A stretch of DNA of 64,000 bases from Amphiscolops sp. MND2022 (Eukaryota). Where the stretch lies: the NCBI GenBank assembly GCA_964187785.1, contig OZ076409.1, forward strand, positions 8,682,001-8,746,000. Direction: 5' to 3'. Each line of letters opens with the position of its first letter. Within the stretch, counting starts at the first letter, position 1. Below the pieces are notes generated by a model that worked only from the letters and a program-made list of their open reading frames with translations, ran no database searches and was not told the DNA's origin. Positions 1 to 13,100 of the stretch are shown piece by piece. A program made the translations under genes and the position numbers.

Positions 1-489
1 GACATAATCCCATCTTTTACATTTATTCACAGTCAAAGTGGCTCGATATATTTTATGGGGAAAGTTTGCGCTAAAATAAGGGACTTTCTATACGATTTTG
101 GCGTGTAAATTCTTATACAAAAAACTAATTGAAATCCCAACTAGAGTTTTTGCTTCGAGTTTTGTTATTTTTGGTCTTAAATATCAAAAATTGTCTATAA
201 ACGAATTTTTTTCTCGTCTCAAACTATTTAGCAAGGTATTTTATCCGAAAAGATTTTCTAGGACAATTTGCTGAAAATAAATGTCAGCTACGAGGCTTTC
301 CATGCCATACTTGAAATTTGTAGTATCATTGTAAAATCGCTCTTCCGAAGTTTGTTGTTTCAAACATCAAAAAGTTTTCGAACTCGATTTTTTTGGCATT
401 TTTCCCAAAAAACGAAAACTTTTCGTTCAGAGAAATTTGCAGATTTGTAGTAGCCCCTAGATCAGTCTAAATGACAGCCAGCAAGCCTC

Positions 490-993
490 TTTTTTTTTAG
501 TCGGCGCGTTTTCCTTTTAAGCAAAAAATGCCCGACTATAGCAGTGACCTTTTTTTTTCTTTTTTTCTTCAGACTACAATCCTCACACTGATCGGTCCAC
601 TTTTTACAATTCTGCGCAGAGCCCGTGGCCAAGTCCGCCCAAGGCAAACTTTACTCCAAAGGGTCCCCCTTTCATTTTTTACTTTTTCAAGGAAACATAC
701 AAAACCGGACGTGCCCAAAGGGTCCCCCCTTTGGATTTTTTTCGGAACTGTGCGACTTTTTTTCGAAAATTTTTTAATGTCCCCAAAGGGTCCCCCCTTT
801 GAGTTTTTGATATTTTGCAACGGAATGTTTGTTAATAAATCCACAAGGGTCCCCCTTTTACATTTTTCGGCACTATGCGACTTCTTTTGAAAGAAAAATT
901 TTTTTCAAAAATTTCAATTTTTTTTTCAAAAAAAGTGTTTTACGCTTTTTGAGCCTTAGATATGGCGCCGACTTTAGACGTTCTCGTCTTGTT
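490..993 (+). mobile_element. HINE/DINE-1-like (Helentron-associated) non-autonomous element, family A, representative copy
   Basis: T-tract plus 5' subTIR AGTCGGCGC with a nearby partial inverted copy (cccgacta); internal AAGGGTCCCCCTT repeats; 3' subTIR GCGCCGACT, hairpin AGACG-ttct-CGTCT, then TGTT; no TSD. Other copies (approximate): 6198-6746(-), 9598-10077, 12022-12378, 14307-14764, 41159-41417, 44475-44994, 47646-47933, 48890-49884(-), 56944-57402, 58062-58460(-), 58555-59200(-), 59542-59956. Confidence 0.75.
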
Positions 994-1131
994 CTAAACT
1001 GAATGAAATACCCTCGGATCCGTCACGAGAAGTCACGGGATCTTGATGTGTCTTGAAAAATATTCGAGAAAAGATTTATTCTACGATTCGGAAGCACTTT
1101 TTATTTGTTTCTCTCTGACTACCATCCGAAA

Positions 1132-1193
1132 ATGGCGCCGACGTCGGAAAACAGGACTACTTATTCAGCATCCACCCAGCGGAATTGGGGAGA
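1132..1193 (+). CDS. Probable first coding exon (MAPTSENRTTYSASTQRNWG)
   Basis: AAAATGG start context, open frame, GA|gtaaaa donor in phase 2 matching the phase-2 acceptor at 5926. Confidence 0.5.
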
Positions 1194-4100
1194 GTAAAAG
1201 TTAATTTCTCCAATGCCGCGGGGTGCGCGTTGAATAAGCAGATCTGCTTTTCTAAGTCGGCGCCCTTTCGGATACTTTCTCCCCATGAGCAAGCTACGGT
1301 ACCATATTTGCAGCCAAGTGGTCAAGCAATGGTGGGCTTGAAGCTGTGGTTTCAACGTGACTTGCTCAAGGTCTCAAAGGTCTGACTGCTCACCGTTGCT
1401 CTTTTTATTTTGCATTTCTCCGGCCAATGCGGTATTTTTGTCATACCACCATAATGAAGGACTATAATGACCATACCACTAAGCTAGGGATGAAGGACTT
1501 GCTTAGGGTCCAACAATGATGAGCTGAGAGAGATTCGAACCTGATACAGCCCCAGTACAGTCCAAATGCTCTAACCACTACACCATGCTCCCCGTGTGAA
1601 AAAAGTTGGGAAATAATCCCATAGAAGATCTTTTGTTCGAATCAACTTACAGTGTGCCACTGGCACATTGAAGCAATTGAAAACTGATGACGAAAAAGTA
1701 ATTTAATGATTCAAGAGCGTTTCTCACAGTGCCGAAAAACCCCAGAGTTAGGTAGTTGCCTTGGTGTCGTACGAACTAACATGGTTTGAAATTTTTGCAT
1801 CCATTCCAAGCTGCGAATACAGGAGAATAACTACATGTAGCTGAGAATAGAAAGGGAATATAATTGATGACAAATAATTTATAAAAAATAATTTATAATA
1901 ATTTTATAATAAGCTAAAACTATAACTTTTGACAAAACAAACTATGATAAAAAAGCATTCCGAAACACAGTTTCAACCCTCCCGTGGTAAGGATTTATCA
2001 ATGCCGTACAGCACCAGCCATGTTGTCTATGTTCATTACACTTTTATCGTTAAGTTTGGAGAAGCATGCCCCCCTCAAGAAAAAATTCATCAAATAAAAG
2101 CCAAAACCATCGATTCTCGGGAAACCTTGGTTCGATGATGAATGCAAAAAAGCTTTGGAAAACCGTCAAACACAATTCAATCTCTTTCGAGCGAAGCCAT
2201 CCATTGATCGTTGGACCGCCTACAAAGAAGCGAAACATCGTCTCAGTAACTTGATCAATACTAAACAAGGAACTTTTTCGCAAGACCTCGCATCGAACTT
2301 AGTGACTTCTAAACAAAAATGGAACTTCATCAACCATATCAGGAGATCCAAGGCTACTTCAGTTGAAATATCATGCCTGAAAAACTCTTTCGGAGACCTG
2401 ATTGTAGATGACAATGCAATTGCAAATCACTTGAATTTAGTGTTTTCAAATTTGGGAGAATATTTTGGTGATAAAAATGTATGCCCCAAAATTAATCTGA
2501 AAGAAGGTAATGGTGATTTCAGTTTTCATCCGATTTCTGAGAAACAATGTTTTGATATCTTTCGTGAGATTGATCCTAAAAAACCCACGGGTCCTTGTGC
2601 ATTACCTCCTTGGGTCTTTATTGATACAAAAGACTTGATAGTCCCACATCTAACCTTCATTTTCAATGAATGTATTAAGCAATCCTGTTTTCCTACAGAA
2701 CTCAAACGAGCATTTGTCACCCCGATATATAAAAAAGGCGATGCGTTAGATCCAACCAATTACAGACCGATATCGATTACTAATACTCTTTCCAAAGTTT
2801 TCGAGAAAATTTTACATCAACAAATTACTAACTATTTGGACAACACACGGAAAATGAGTCAAAATCAGTTCGGGTTCAGGAAAAAATTTTCCACGCAAGA
2901 TGCCCTCTTATTCTTCACTGAAACAATGAGGAAAGAAATTGATAGTCACAATATTGTACATGCTGTCTTCCTTGACTTGTCTAAAGCTTTTGATTCCATA
3001 TCACATAAGTTGTTGATGAAAAAACTCAGTGCTTTGAATTTTTCTGAATCTGCTTTGAAACTGATGGGGGATTTTCTTAATCAGCGTACTCAAAAGGTAA
3101 AAGTTAATGGCAAACAGTCTGATTGGATTGAGCTGGCCAGAGGCGTCCTTCAAGGTACAGTTTTAGGACCTTTAATGTTTAATCTTTATGTAAATGATTT
3201 AAACGACTGTATTGACAGCAACTCCCGATTAGTTCAATATGCAGATGATTGTCTAATCTTTTCCACTGGCACTGAATCGTCTAAAACATTGGTTGATCTA
3301 CAAAAGAACATTGCAAATATCGAAAATTACTTTAGCACCCATCAGCTTAATTTAAATGTCAGCAAAACTGAATTCATCACTTTTTCGCGTAAAAATGATA
3401 AACGTTGCACTGAGTCGCAGACAGTCACCATTGGAAAAACCCACGTGAATAAAGTGAACGCCTGTAAATATTTAGGTGTAACTATTGATGAACATCTCTC
3501 TTTTGGCCCGCAAGTTAAAAAAGTATTGCATAAAATGGCAATGGTAATCAAAACAATTGATACTATTAAGAAGCAACTTCCAACAACAACACTAATCATG
3601 CTTCTCCAACATCTAGTTTTGAGTCACTTGAGCTATCCCGCACTTTTATTTCCTTCTGTGTCTACAGCTTCTTTTAATTCACTTGAAAGGCAGCTGAACT
3701 GGGCTTTGAAATGTGTTTTCTTTCGCAGTCAACAAACTTGCTCTGAGGATATTCGGAAGTCTAAATATGTGATCAGCATGAGGAAATTGATTGATTTGAG
3801 ATGCTTAACATACTTTTTCCAGCTTCTTAAGCTCGAAAGACCGGCTTACCAATATACTAGTTTACCAACATCCGAATTTCATTTAAACGGTAGAACGTCA
3901 AAAATAATTCATCATGGAAACAGTTCATCTGCCTACATCTCTAGCTCTTTTATCCGTAAAGTCTCTACCAAGTGCAATTCACTCCCAGTATTTCTCAGGA
4001 ATGTCCAAATTTCTTCACAACTTTTCAAATCAAGATTGAAGAAGTATTTGATTTCTGAATCTCGTAATGAACTTCCATATTACTCTGTGAACACGTGGCG

Positions 4101-7100
4101 CGACTTTCGTATAAACTGAAAATTTTATAGGCGAGTGGGTTCCTGCTTTTAGTATCTGTCCTAATACTGTGCGGTCATCTTATTTAATTATTAATTAGTT
4201 CATTAATCTATTTTTTTAAAAAAAATTTTGTACACTTCATTACTATCCTGGGTTTTTATAACTATTTCTGATAGTTTTGAATATAGTGTTTCTTCTTCTT
4301 CTTCTTCTTCTTCTTGTCGGAACTTGAAAGGTCGTCGAAAAACGCGAATACGCTGTTACCGAATGCGTTGAATACGAATCATATGGTGTCATAACAAAAT
4401 TTCAACGCTTGGAAAAGGACGAAACCTCGGATCATTGTCACTTTTTTGTTCTCATAAGTATTGTTTGAATAGGCAGGCATTTTTTGCTCAAAATAAAATA
4501 CTGTTTTGTTACTAAATTGTTAGCTTGAAATTGTTTGTTTTCAACAATTGTCAAATCAAAATATTTGTCCTCGAAAGTTTCCTCCTTACTGTACCTCTGT
4601 TTCATGTTGCATGTTTTTTTCGTTCATCAAATTTGGGTCTTTCTGGTTTAAATTTGGTGATTATTGATGACTTAACGAAAGGTGTCATTTGATAACTTTA
4701 AAAAAAATCGAAATGAACAAACATCTTGACCTCACCAATTCAAGTGAAGTTCTATACATACTTTTAAACCTCATCGTATATTCAAATACCTTTTCAAATC
4801 ATGTTTCATGATATTTCGAAAGGATAACTGTAGATATAACCAAGCTATCCCCTTTCGCTTTTTTCCACTTTGATACATTTACCCGTAACTTTTCCGAAGT
4901 AGAGCCAAGGTCTCTCCCTCGAATCATTTGCTATGAACCTATGCTTTTCATCCCTACTCCACCCTCAATAGGACCAGTGTTGGAACCGGGTCATGATTTT
5001 CTACCCGAAGCCCGGCCCGAGCCCGTTTCAAAAATCCTAACACGCGATATTATTGGTGTAACATTTTTAATACCCGACGAAACTGCACGAAAACGAATTT
5101 GATACCCGAAACTAAATTGTAAATGATAATCAGCTATAAGCATCATGAGAATTCAAAAATCCCAGTTTTTACAACAGAATTCAAAAATTCAACATCTAAC
5201 ATTTTTTGGCAGACATCTGGGCTCTACGAACTGTGCGAATAAGACAAACTTGATTAAAGTTTCGTTAACTTTGAGCGAATAAAAGATTAATGTATAAATT
5301 TTCGATTCATTTTCCGAATTGTTATACCCGACCCGAAAAAATTTAAGCTCGAAAAAGCCCGGTTATAAGCCCGCCCGGCCCGGCAACATTTAATGACGTG
5401 ATTGGTTCCAACTCTGAATAGGACCCTACCGGTTTTTTTCATTGATCATTCAAATGTGATATTTTTTCTTCAGCGTGCTTTTGCTTTTGTTTGGCTCCCT
5501 GAGTTTGAAATACCCCTGCTTCGAACTGAATGCTCTTTTTCTGTTTTCCAGCATGGTTTTATACTTTTTGAGGTCCTTTTTTGTTCCCTCGATCAGTATT
5601 ACTTCATTTGGCATGGAAAGATTTCGGTTATCCAAGCGCATGTTCAAATTTTAATATTTGAAAGTTTTCGTTAAGGTTCAATTAAGGATGTACAGATCTC
5701 TGAAATACCTTTCAAAATTTTAAACACATACGTCCGTCGGAAAAACTTCCCAAGATTTTCGTATCCACAAACAGTCTTGCCGCTTTTCTTACAAAAAAAA
5801 ACAATTTTGAGTTTTTCCCAGAATTTTTGGATAACCGAATTTTTAATTAATTAATATAATTATTAATTAATTGATCAATAATTATAGCTCATGACTGTAT
5901 TCACCTGTTGAGTGCTTTCTTTCAGATCGAAGGCGGCCGACAAAAGTGGCGGTGGCGGTTGCGACATCAACTTTTTCGACACGCCCACTCTGACGGGGCG
6001 TGGCGGCAGCAGCAGTCGCAATGGCGGCCGTGGCGAGAAGTCGGAGCCCCTGGCAGCACTGTACCCCAACTACAGAAACGTCTTCTTCTCCAGACACGAG
6101 CAGGACTTCACTAACCCCTTCATGGAACTGCCCAAGACATTCACCATCGCTCTGCCCAACGGCCAACTCATTTCCAGGGCATTCCCCAGCAAGTTAGAAC
6201 AAGACGAGAACGTCTAAAGTCGGCGCTATATCTAGGGCTCAAAAAGCGCAAAACATTTTTTTGGAAAAAACTTGAAATTTTTGAATTTTTTTCTTTCAAA
6301 AAATGTCCCATAGTGCTGAAAAATGTAAAAGGGGGGCCCTTTTGGATTTATTAACATAAATTCTGTTGCAAAATTTCAAAAACTCGAAGGGAGACCCTTT
6401 GGGGACATTGAAAAATTTTCGAAAAAATGTCGCACAGTGCCGAAAAAAATCGAAAGAGGGGACCCTTCAGTCTCGTCCGGTTTTGTAGGTTACGTTAAAA
6501 AAGTAAAAATGAAAGGGGACCCTTTTGCACTAATTTCCGCTGACCGGACTTGGTCTTAAGGCCTTAGTAGTTTTAGTATTTTCTATTGTGGACCAATCAG
6601 AGTGAGATTGTTGTCTGACGAAAAAAAAAGAAAAAAACTAGCCACTGTAATAGTCGGGCTCTTTTGACTAGAAAAGAGCCGACTAAAAAGGTCACTGCTA
6701 TAGTTGGGCATTTTTCCTTGAGAGGATAAAGCGCCGACTAAAAAAACTTCAAACCGTCATTCATTCTTTTTCTCATCTTTCAATCGATCGACTTGCAGCA
6801 TCCGCCTCCTCTTTAGTAAAACGCAATTTACTTCGGCTATAACGTCAAAATTTCAGATATAGCTCAATATTGTCTTCATATCAGAAAAGGTATTCTATAT
6901 AATTATGTTCGCTAGGCCAAATGCTGCATTTCAAGATTTTTTAGAACCTTTGAAGAGCTATTTTGGCCAGTTCGTGTGGATTGGAATAAAAATGTGACGA
7001 TTATAGTGGCTTTTGGGCGTTTTTTGTAATCGACACGATCTGACCGAAATAGCCAGTCTTCAAAAGTTCTATAAAATCTTGAAATGCAGCATTTGGCCTA

Positions 7101-10100
7101 GCGAACATAAATATATAGAATACCTTTTCTGATATGAAGACAGTATTGCGCTATATCTGAAATTTTGACGTTATCGCCGAAGTAAATTGCGTTTTACTAA
7201 AGAGGAGGCGGTTCTTCAAAAGTGGTACAAAATCTTGAAATGCACCATTTCATTTGGCCTAGCGAACTGAACTACAGCAATAGTCTTTTTTGATATGAAC
7301 AAAATATTGCGCTATACCCGAATTTTTGACGTCATATCCGAATTATATTGCGTTTCACCAAAGAGGAGACGGTCCCATTTGTTCGAACATGCTATATCCG
7401 AACTTTTGACGTTATATCCGAAGTGAATTTGAAAAGTTAAACCGAAGCAGCGGACCTAGAGTGAAAAGAAAAATTCGTAAAAAGCCACAGAGCCGGAAAA
7501 GTTTTTTAACAAGTAATTGAGAAAAGTGTCATCAGTCCCACAGGACCAAAAATAACCAAAGAGGTCACCTTTTATGCTGGGAAAACGGTTTTACTTGAAG
7601 AAAACTTTAAAAAAATGTGTGGAAAAAGTTTTTTCTCAAAAATATTGGAAAATCTCTTCGATAAGTCGCCGCCTTAGCAGCCTACTTCTTCAAATTCTGA
7701 GTAGTTTTGCCAGTTGCCCATATTCTTAAGCAGAGTTTTTCACAAGTTGTTTGTATCGTATTTGGTTTGAATGGCACAAGCATTCTTTAACGTTGAGAAA
7801 AATGGGTTCTTCTGGCAAAAAACCGCAGATTTACCGAAATGCCCTGTAAGGCAAATTACAAATTTCTCAAAAGTCCTTGACCCATAGAAAACGGTTGTTA
7901 AACCACCGATAGTTGTTAAGCAGCTGATAAAATTAGCGTTAATCGTAAACTAAGAAGCTTTTGAAGAGGCATCATAGTTTTTATATGATTTCTATTAGAG
8001 GTTTGACACCGCTAAATAGCGATTTAGCGGCCGCGCAGAATTTTTGAAGCGATTTCATTCGCTATTCACATTAGCGGCAACTAATAGATTGTCCAACTTC
8101 AAAATTTCCTGGGAGCATACGCGAAGTTTCTTAATGAATTTCGACAAATTCCAAGTCTTGTCTTTGTAAAACCCATACAGTATGAAAAGTTCTAGTCTTT
8201 TTTTCTCGCAAAATCTGAATTGAGTCATTTCATAACATGCTCAAGTTAAACATTCAATTGTTAGCAGAAATAGCTTTTCCGCGGAATAGGCATTTCAAAA
8301 TTATCGGTTTAGCGATTAGCGAAAAAATAGCGATGTCAAAACCCTGATTTCAATAAACCTTTCTACATTCTATTTTGTGCTGTAAACAAAGCTGGCCCGT
8401 TTGTTTTGAACTGTTTCAAACAGCAGTAAAAATCAATAACGGAAAAAAACATAGTTTTTTTCACGTAGCTACCTCGCACCAAAGAAAAATCTTGAACCTG
8501 AAGAGTTCCGACAAGGCATGAGTTACATAGAAAACGCTACTTCGAGCTTTACCTATGGTTTTCTTTGAACAAATTTGGGTGTTGAGAAAGCTGGCAAGCT
8601 CGCATCTTCTTCCGACAGTTGAACGCTGAAAAATTGTCTTCTCTCTGTGCATTAAAATTAAGCTTTCAACCTTACTTTTGCAACAAAAAGGAAAAAAAGA
8701 ATAAAAAACAATTATTTTTTAAAATAAAACACGCTGTTTGTTTCATGCGGGTCAAAAACATGCCCTGAGTTAAATACAGCGTTACTTTCATCGCTGTTAA
8801 ATTGAGACATTTCGAATTTTCTTCCAACCACCGAAAAAATTTCTCGAAAAACGACGAATTTAGTTTTTCACACGGCCAGCTTTAACTGACCTCTCAGTCA
8901 GGCTTTTGACATCGCTATTTTTTTCGCTAAACCGCTATTTTCAAATTCGCTATTTCCCTGAAAAACTTTTCCTTCAAACTATTAAACGTTTGACTTCAAC
9001 TGTTTCAAAAAAATTTTCTTCATACTATCAAATGTTTGACTTCATGTACATTTTGAAATTAAATCATAGCTCTATTTAGTTTTTGCATTAAAAAAGTGAA
9101 TTTTCCATATCTTCTGGGTTTCACAAAGGTAAGAGTTGGAATTTTTCGACATTTTTTCGGTAAGAGTAGGAAATTTTCATTTTGGGCGGTTTATTAGTTG
9201 CCGCTGCTAATTTGAACCGCTAATGAAATCGCTAAAAATTTCTTGCGCGGCCGCTAAACCGCTAATTGTAAATTGTGGTTTTGTTTCAGCACCTCCGTGT
9301 ACGAAGTAGTGTCGCGTCTTGCCAGCGAATACGACTTTGACCCCACCCGCATAAGTGTGTCGCACAAGGGCAACGAGCTGCCTCCCAGCGCTGTCCTATT
9401 GGCTGACCTCGCACACGACTCCACCCTGAGACTCACCTTCCGCAAACGAAGACACCACCCGGGGGCAGGAGTGCCCGGCACCAACATGACTCTCCCCAAC
9501 ACCCCCTCTGTCAAGGTTAATCACCACTCAAAACACCTGACCCGAACTCTCCCCCCCGCGCCTGCCTGTCCTGCCTTCCTTTGTTTTGAAACGCTCATTT
9601 TTAGTCGGCGCATTTTCCATTGCCCGACTCTTGTGATGACTCGGACCTTTTTTTAAATCTCCAGACCACAGACCTCACACTGAAAGGTCCGCTTTTTTTA
9701 CAGAAACTACTGAAGCCAAGTCCGGCCAGCGGAAACTTAGTGCAGAGGGTCCCCCTTTCATTTTTACTTTTTTAAGGTAACCTACAAAACCGGACGAGAC
9801 CATTTCATTTTTTTCGGCGCTATGAGACTTTCAAAAAATTTTGTCTCCAAATGGTCCCCTCTTCAATTTTATTCAAGTCTACCCTCGTAATATCTATCCG
9901 AATTGAAGCGCTATATCCAAACTATTGACGTTATATCCGAACTATATTGCGTTTTATTAAGGAGGAGGCGGAGGTTCGAAAACAGGAGTTTTTCATGAAA
10001 ACGTCCTACGCATATTTTGAAAACTGCGCTTTTTGAGCCTTAGATATAGCGCCGACGTTAGACGCTCGCGTCTTGTTATTGCTAATTTGTATTGCTATCA

Positions 10101-13100
10101 AATGTTTCATGAAAAGTTTAGTTTGGAGTTGACTTTTGTGTCTGGGGCGGGGTGTTTCGTTTGGTGGGGTTTAAGGAACATGGTCCCTACACTGTATACC
10201 AAGAAGTATTTTCTTCCTGTTGACGGGGTATCAGTGAATGATAATAATATTGATCTAATAATAGTTAGCATGTATTAGTTAGCATTATGAAATATTCAAT
10301 ACTAAAACCCGTGGTTTGGGTATCAAACAGAGTAGCGGTTGGCCACAGAAATTGTTGGTCTCTCTCGTATTTGAGTTTGAAGCACCTTAATATGCCTCAT
10401 GTCGAGCGCTGCTGGTATTTTTGTGGCTTTTGTGTCCAAAAGCCAAAATTAGTCCAAAAATGACCAAATGACAATAAAGTCCGTAATTTTTTTTTCAATA
10501 TTATAATCCGTTTTTGACTCCTTTTACCGCACATGCAGCTCTGGTTTGCATATAGATATATTGCTTCCAAATAATTCATCACTCTGTTGAAGGGTCTGAT
10601 GATAATTTCGCCTAATCTACTTTTTCAAGGACATTCCAACGTGCTTCATTTGTTCACTAGCCGTAATTCATCAAGAAAATCCGTTATCCCGGGAGACTTT
10701 TTTCCGCATTTTTTGCAAGATGCGCGTTTTAATAACTATAGCTAGTGATAAAATATATGAATTCTGGTAATGAAGAGGTCTGGCCTGGTTTCTCAAGATA
10801 CAAACAATAGTAGGTTATTTTTTGCTTTTTTGTTGGTGTGTCAGTGACTGTTATGGAATGGAATTGTGCCGTTTTGCATGTAGGGATATTGTCAGTGTAC
10901 AACAAGGCGCATCGGAGTCATTGAAAAGAAGCACGCGTTTGAGCTAGTCGAATAAAAAACGGGAATTAATTCCATCTGAGTAGTATTGCATTGAAATGCA
11001 TTTATAACCTTTTGTGCTACTTCCAAAATTTATTATACCTCATGGTCGCATTCAACGAATCGTTTCAGTGAGAAACGATCATAACAAAAAAATCAGTTAT
11101 GTGTGCGTGTAATTGTTACGGTTTCTATTTCTGCTGTCTCGTGAAGGAAGACATGAATGGATGTAGTCCTCTTTTGTTTCATCTTTCGTTTTATCCCCTC
11201 TGGTTTTCCGATACATTATGACGAAGTTGAAACAAGTTAGTTCTTCTTTAATCGATTAATTAAATCATGCTCTGATTATAGGCGTGGCGTTATTCAGTCT
11301 ACCGTATTTTTTTCGAATACAGGCCGCGGCTTGTAAGACTTTTTCCCTAGTCTAGTGATTTCGCGGCCTATATTCGAAGAGATGCGGTAAGCTGTGGCTT
11401 TTAGGGTAAAATTTCAGTCTTAATGCGGCTTCTAATCGAGGACGACTTCTATTCGAAGAAATACGGTATACGTTAAGCTCTGGTTTGTTCGTAAATCGTT
11501 TTTTTTTTCACGCCTTCTGGTGAATTTCGAAGTTTGAAAACCTTTTTTAGTTTTGTTTTATACGAAACTCTGCGGGAATGAATAGGGCGTTCTTGTTTGA
11601 TTCCGACACTTTTTTCTGCAACGTTTCAAAAGGTGTCCTCAAGCAATCAAAAAGTGTTTTCAATCATATTTTTCAATAGCAGTACTTTTGCAATTTCAAC
11701 AGCATCCATTGTAGTAATCATGTTAGTTAGACGCAGAGTTTTGACATCGCTTAACAGCGAATTAGCGGCGGTGCAGGTACTTTTTAGTTAATAAAATTAG
11801 CGGTAACTGAAAGAATCCATATTTGAAATTATTTCAGAGTACATACTGAGTTTCAAAATGATTTTCGAAAACATTCAACTCTTTTGTAAATCCCACACAG
11901 TATTTTACAAATTCCAGTATTTTTTCTTGCAAAAACTAAACCAAGTTACCATTTATTTCCGAAACATACTTCAAACCAAACATTCAATAATTTCAAGTAA
12001 AACTTTTTCAGCCAAATATCGATTTTGTCGGCGCTTTTCTTAAGTCAGGGATTTTTTTTCGATACACCTGAAGTGTCCAAAATAGTTCTACCAAAAGTTC
12101 TACCCTTCAATTTTGGCAGTCTACATACTACCTTTGAACAGTAAAGGAGTAAAATGATTTACCGCAAACTGGACATAACGTATACCGGATATAACGACAC
12201 AACCCATACCGGATTTAACGCAACAGAATGGATGTTGAAAAATCCGAAAGGGCGCGCCAATTCGGTCCAACTTTTGGGTTTTTCGGGGACTGTAAAAGAG
12301 AATGCTTGACACTTCGAAGTCCTTTTGCTATTTTTGAAGCCTAGATTTGGCGCCGACTTGGGCCGTTCCCGGCTTGTTGAAAATTAGAGGGTATCAGAAG
12401 AGCTGGTTTTCGGGTAAATAGAGATAGAAATTGATGGTTGTCTTTTTTGTTGCAGGAAATGAACAATAATTACATCCAGTCCAAGAGCATGGGCAAGAGG
12501 TCAAAGAGCAGCAACCGTCCTGCCCCCACCCAACCTGCACCGATCCCGGGCAGCACCTCAGGTAAGATACATTCACTCCATTAGCCCCCCTCCCCGCCCC
12601 CAATTGAATGCCTAAAAACTTTTTTCATTTTTCTGAAAAACTGTCCATACGATTCGAGCGAAAGTTTCTACAGTCATTCTACACCATATTATGGTCCTAA
12701 GTGTGCAATTTTATCAGAATCGTATGACTGGGATTCGAGCGAGTCGGAAGAAAAAAGACCTAAGCCGACTCCTTTACCGCACATGCGGCTCTGGTCTATT
12801 GCCTGCCATTGGTTGTTTATCAATATAGAAGTGATATATCAAATGAAAGTTTACTCCGTTCGAAACCACTTCAACTTATCCTCGTCCTCAGACAGTGATT
12901 TTTTGCAATCAATAAAATACGAAACACAAAAACTAATAGGAAAACGAAAATTTGTCTTTCTTATCAACAATCTGTTGGACTAACTGGGGTGAGTTGTTAT
13001 TTGTGGCAATGTAGTTTTTTCCAAGCCACCGACAAAAGAGTAACTGGAAAAGTATTTCCGGAAAAAAAACGAAAAAAATGCAAAAATGACATTTCAAAGA

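Noticed and set aside
528..890. Short ORFs with KGPP/RVPP motifs (also 44586-45263, 48574-49781, 58534-59832)
   Set aside because: Chance translations of HINE-A internal AAGGGTCCCCC repeats; frames are not conserved between copies.
2155..4119. Bacterial retron, group II intron or defence-type reverse transcriptase
   Set aside because: Motifs, C-terminal NSLP region, 5' truncation and simple-repeat tail are those of a non-LTR retrotransposon.
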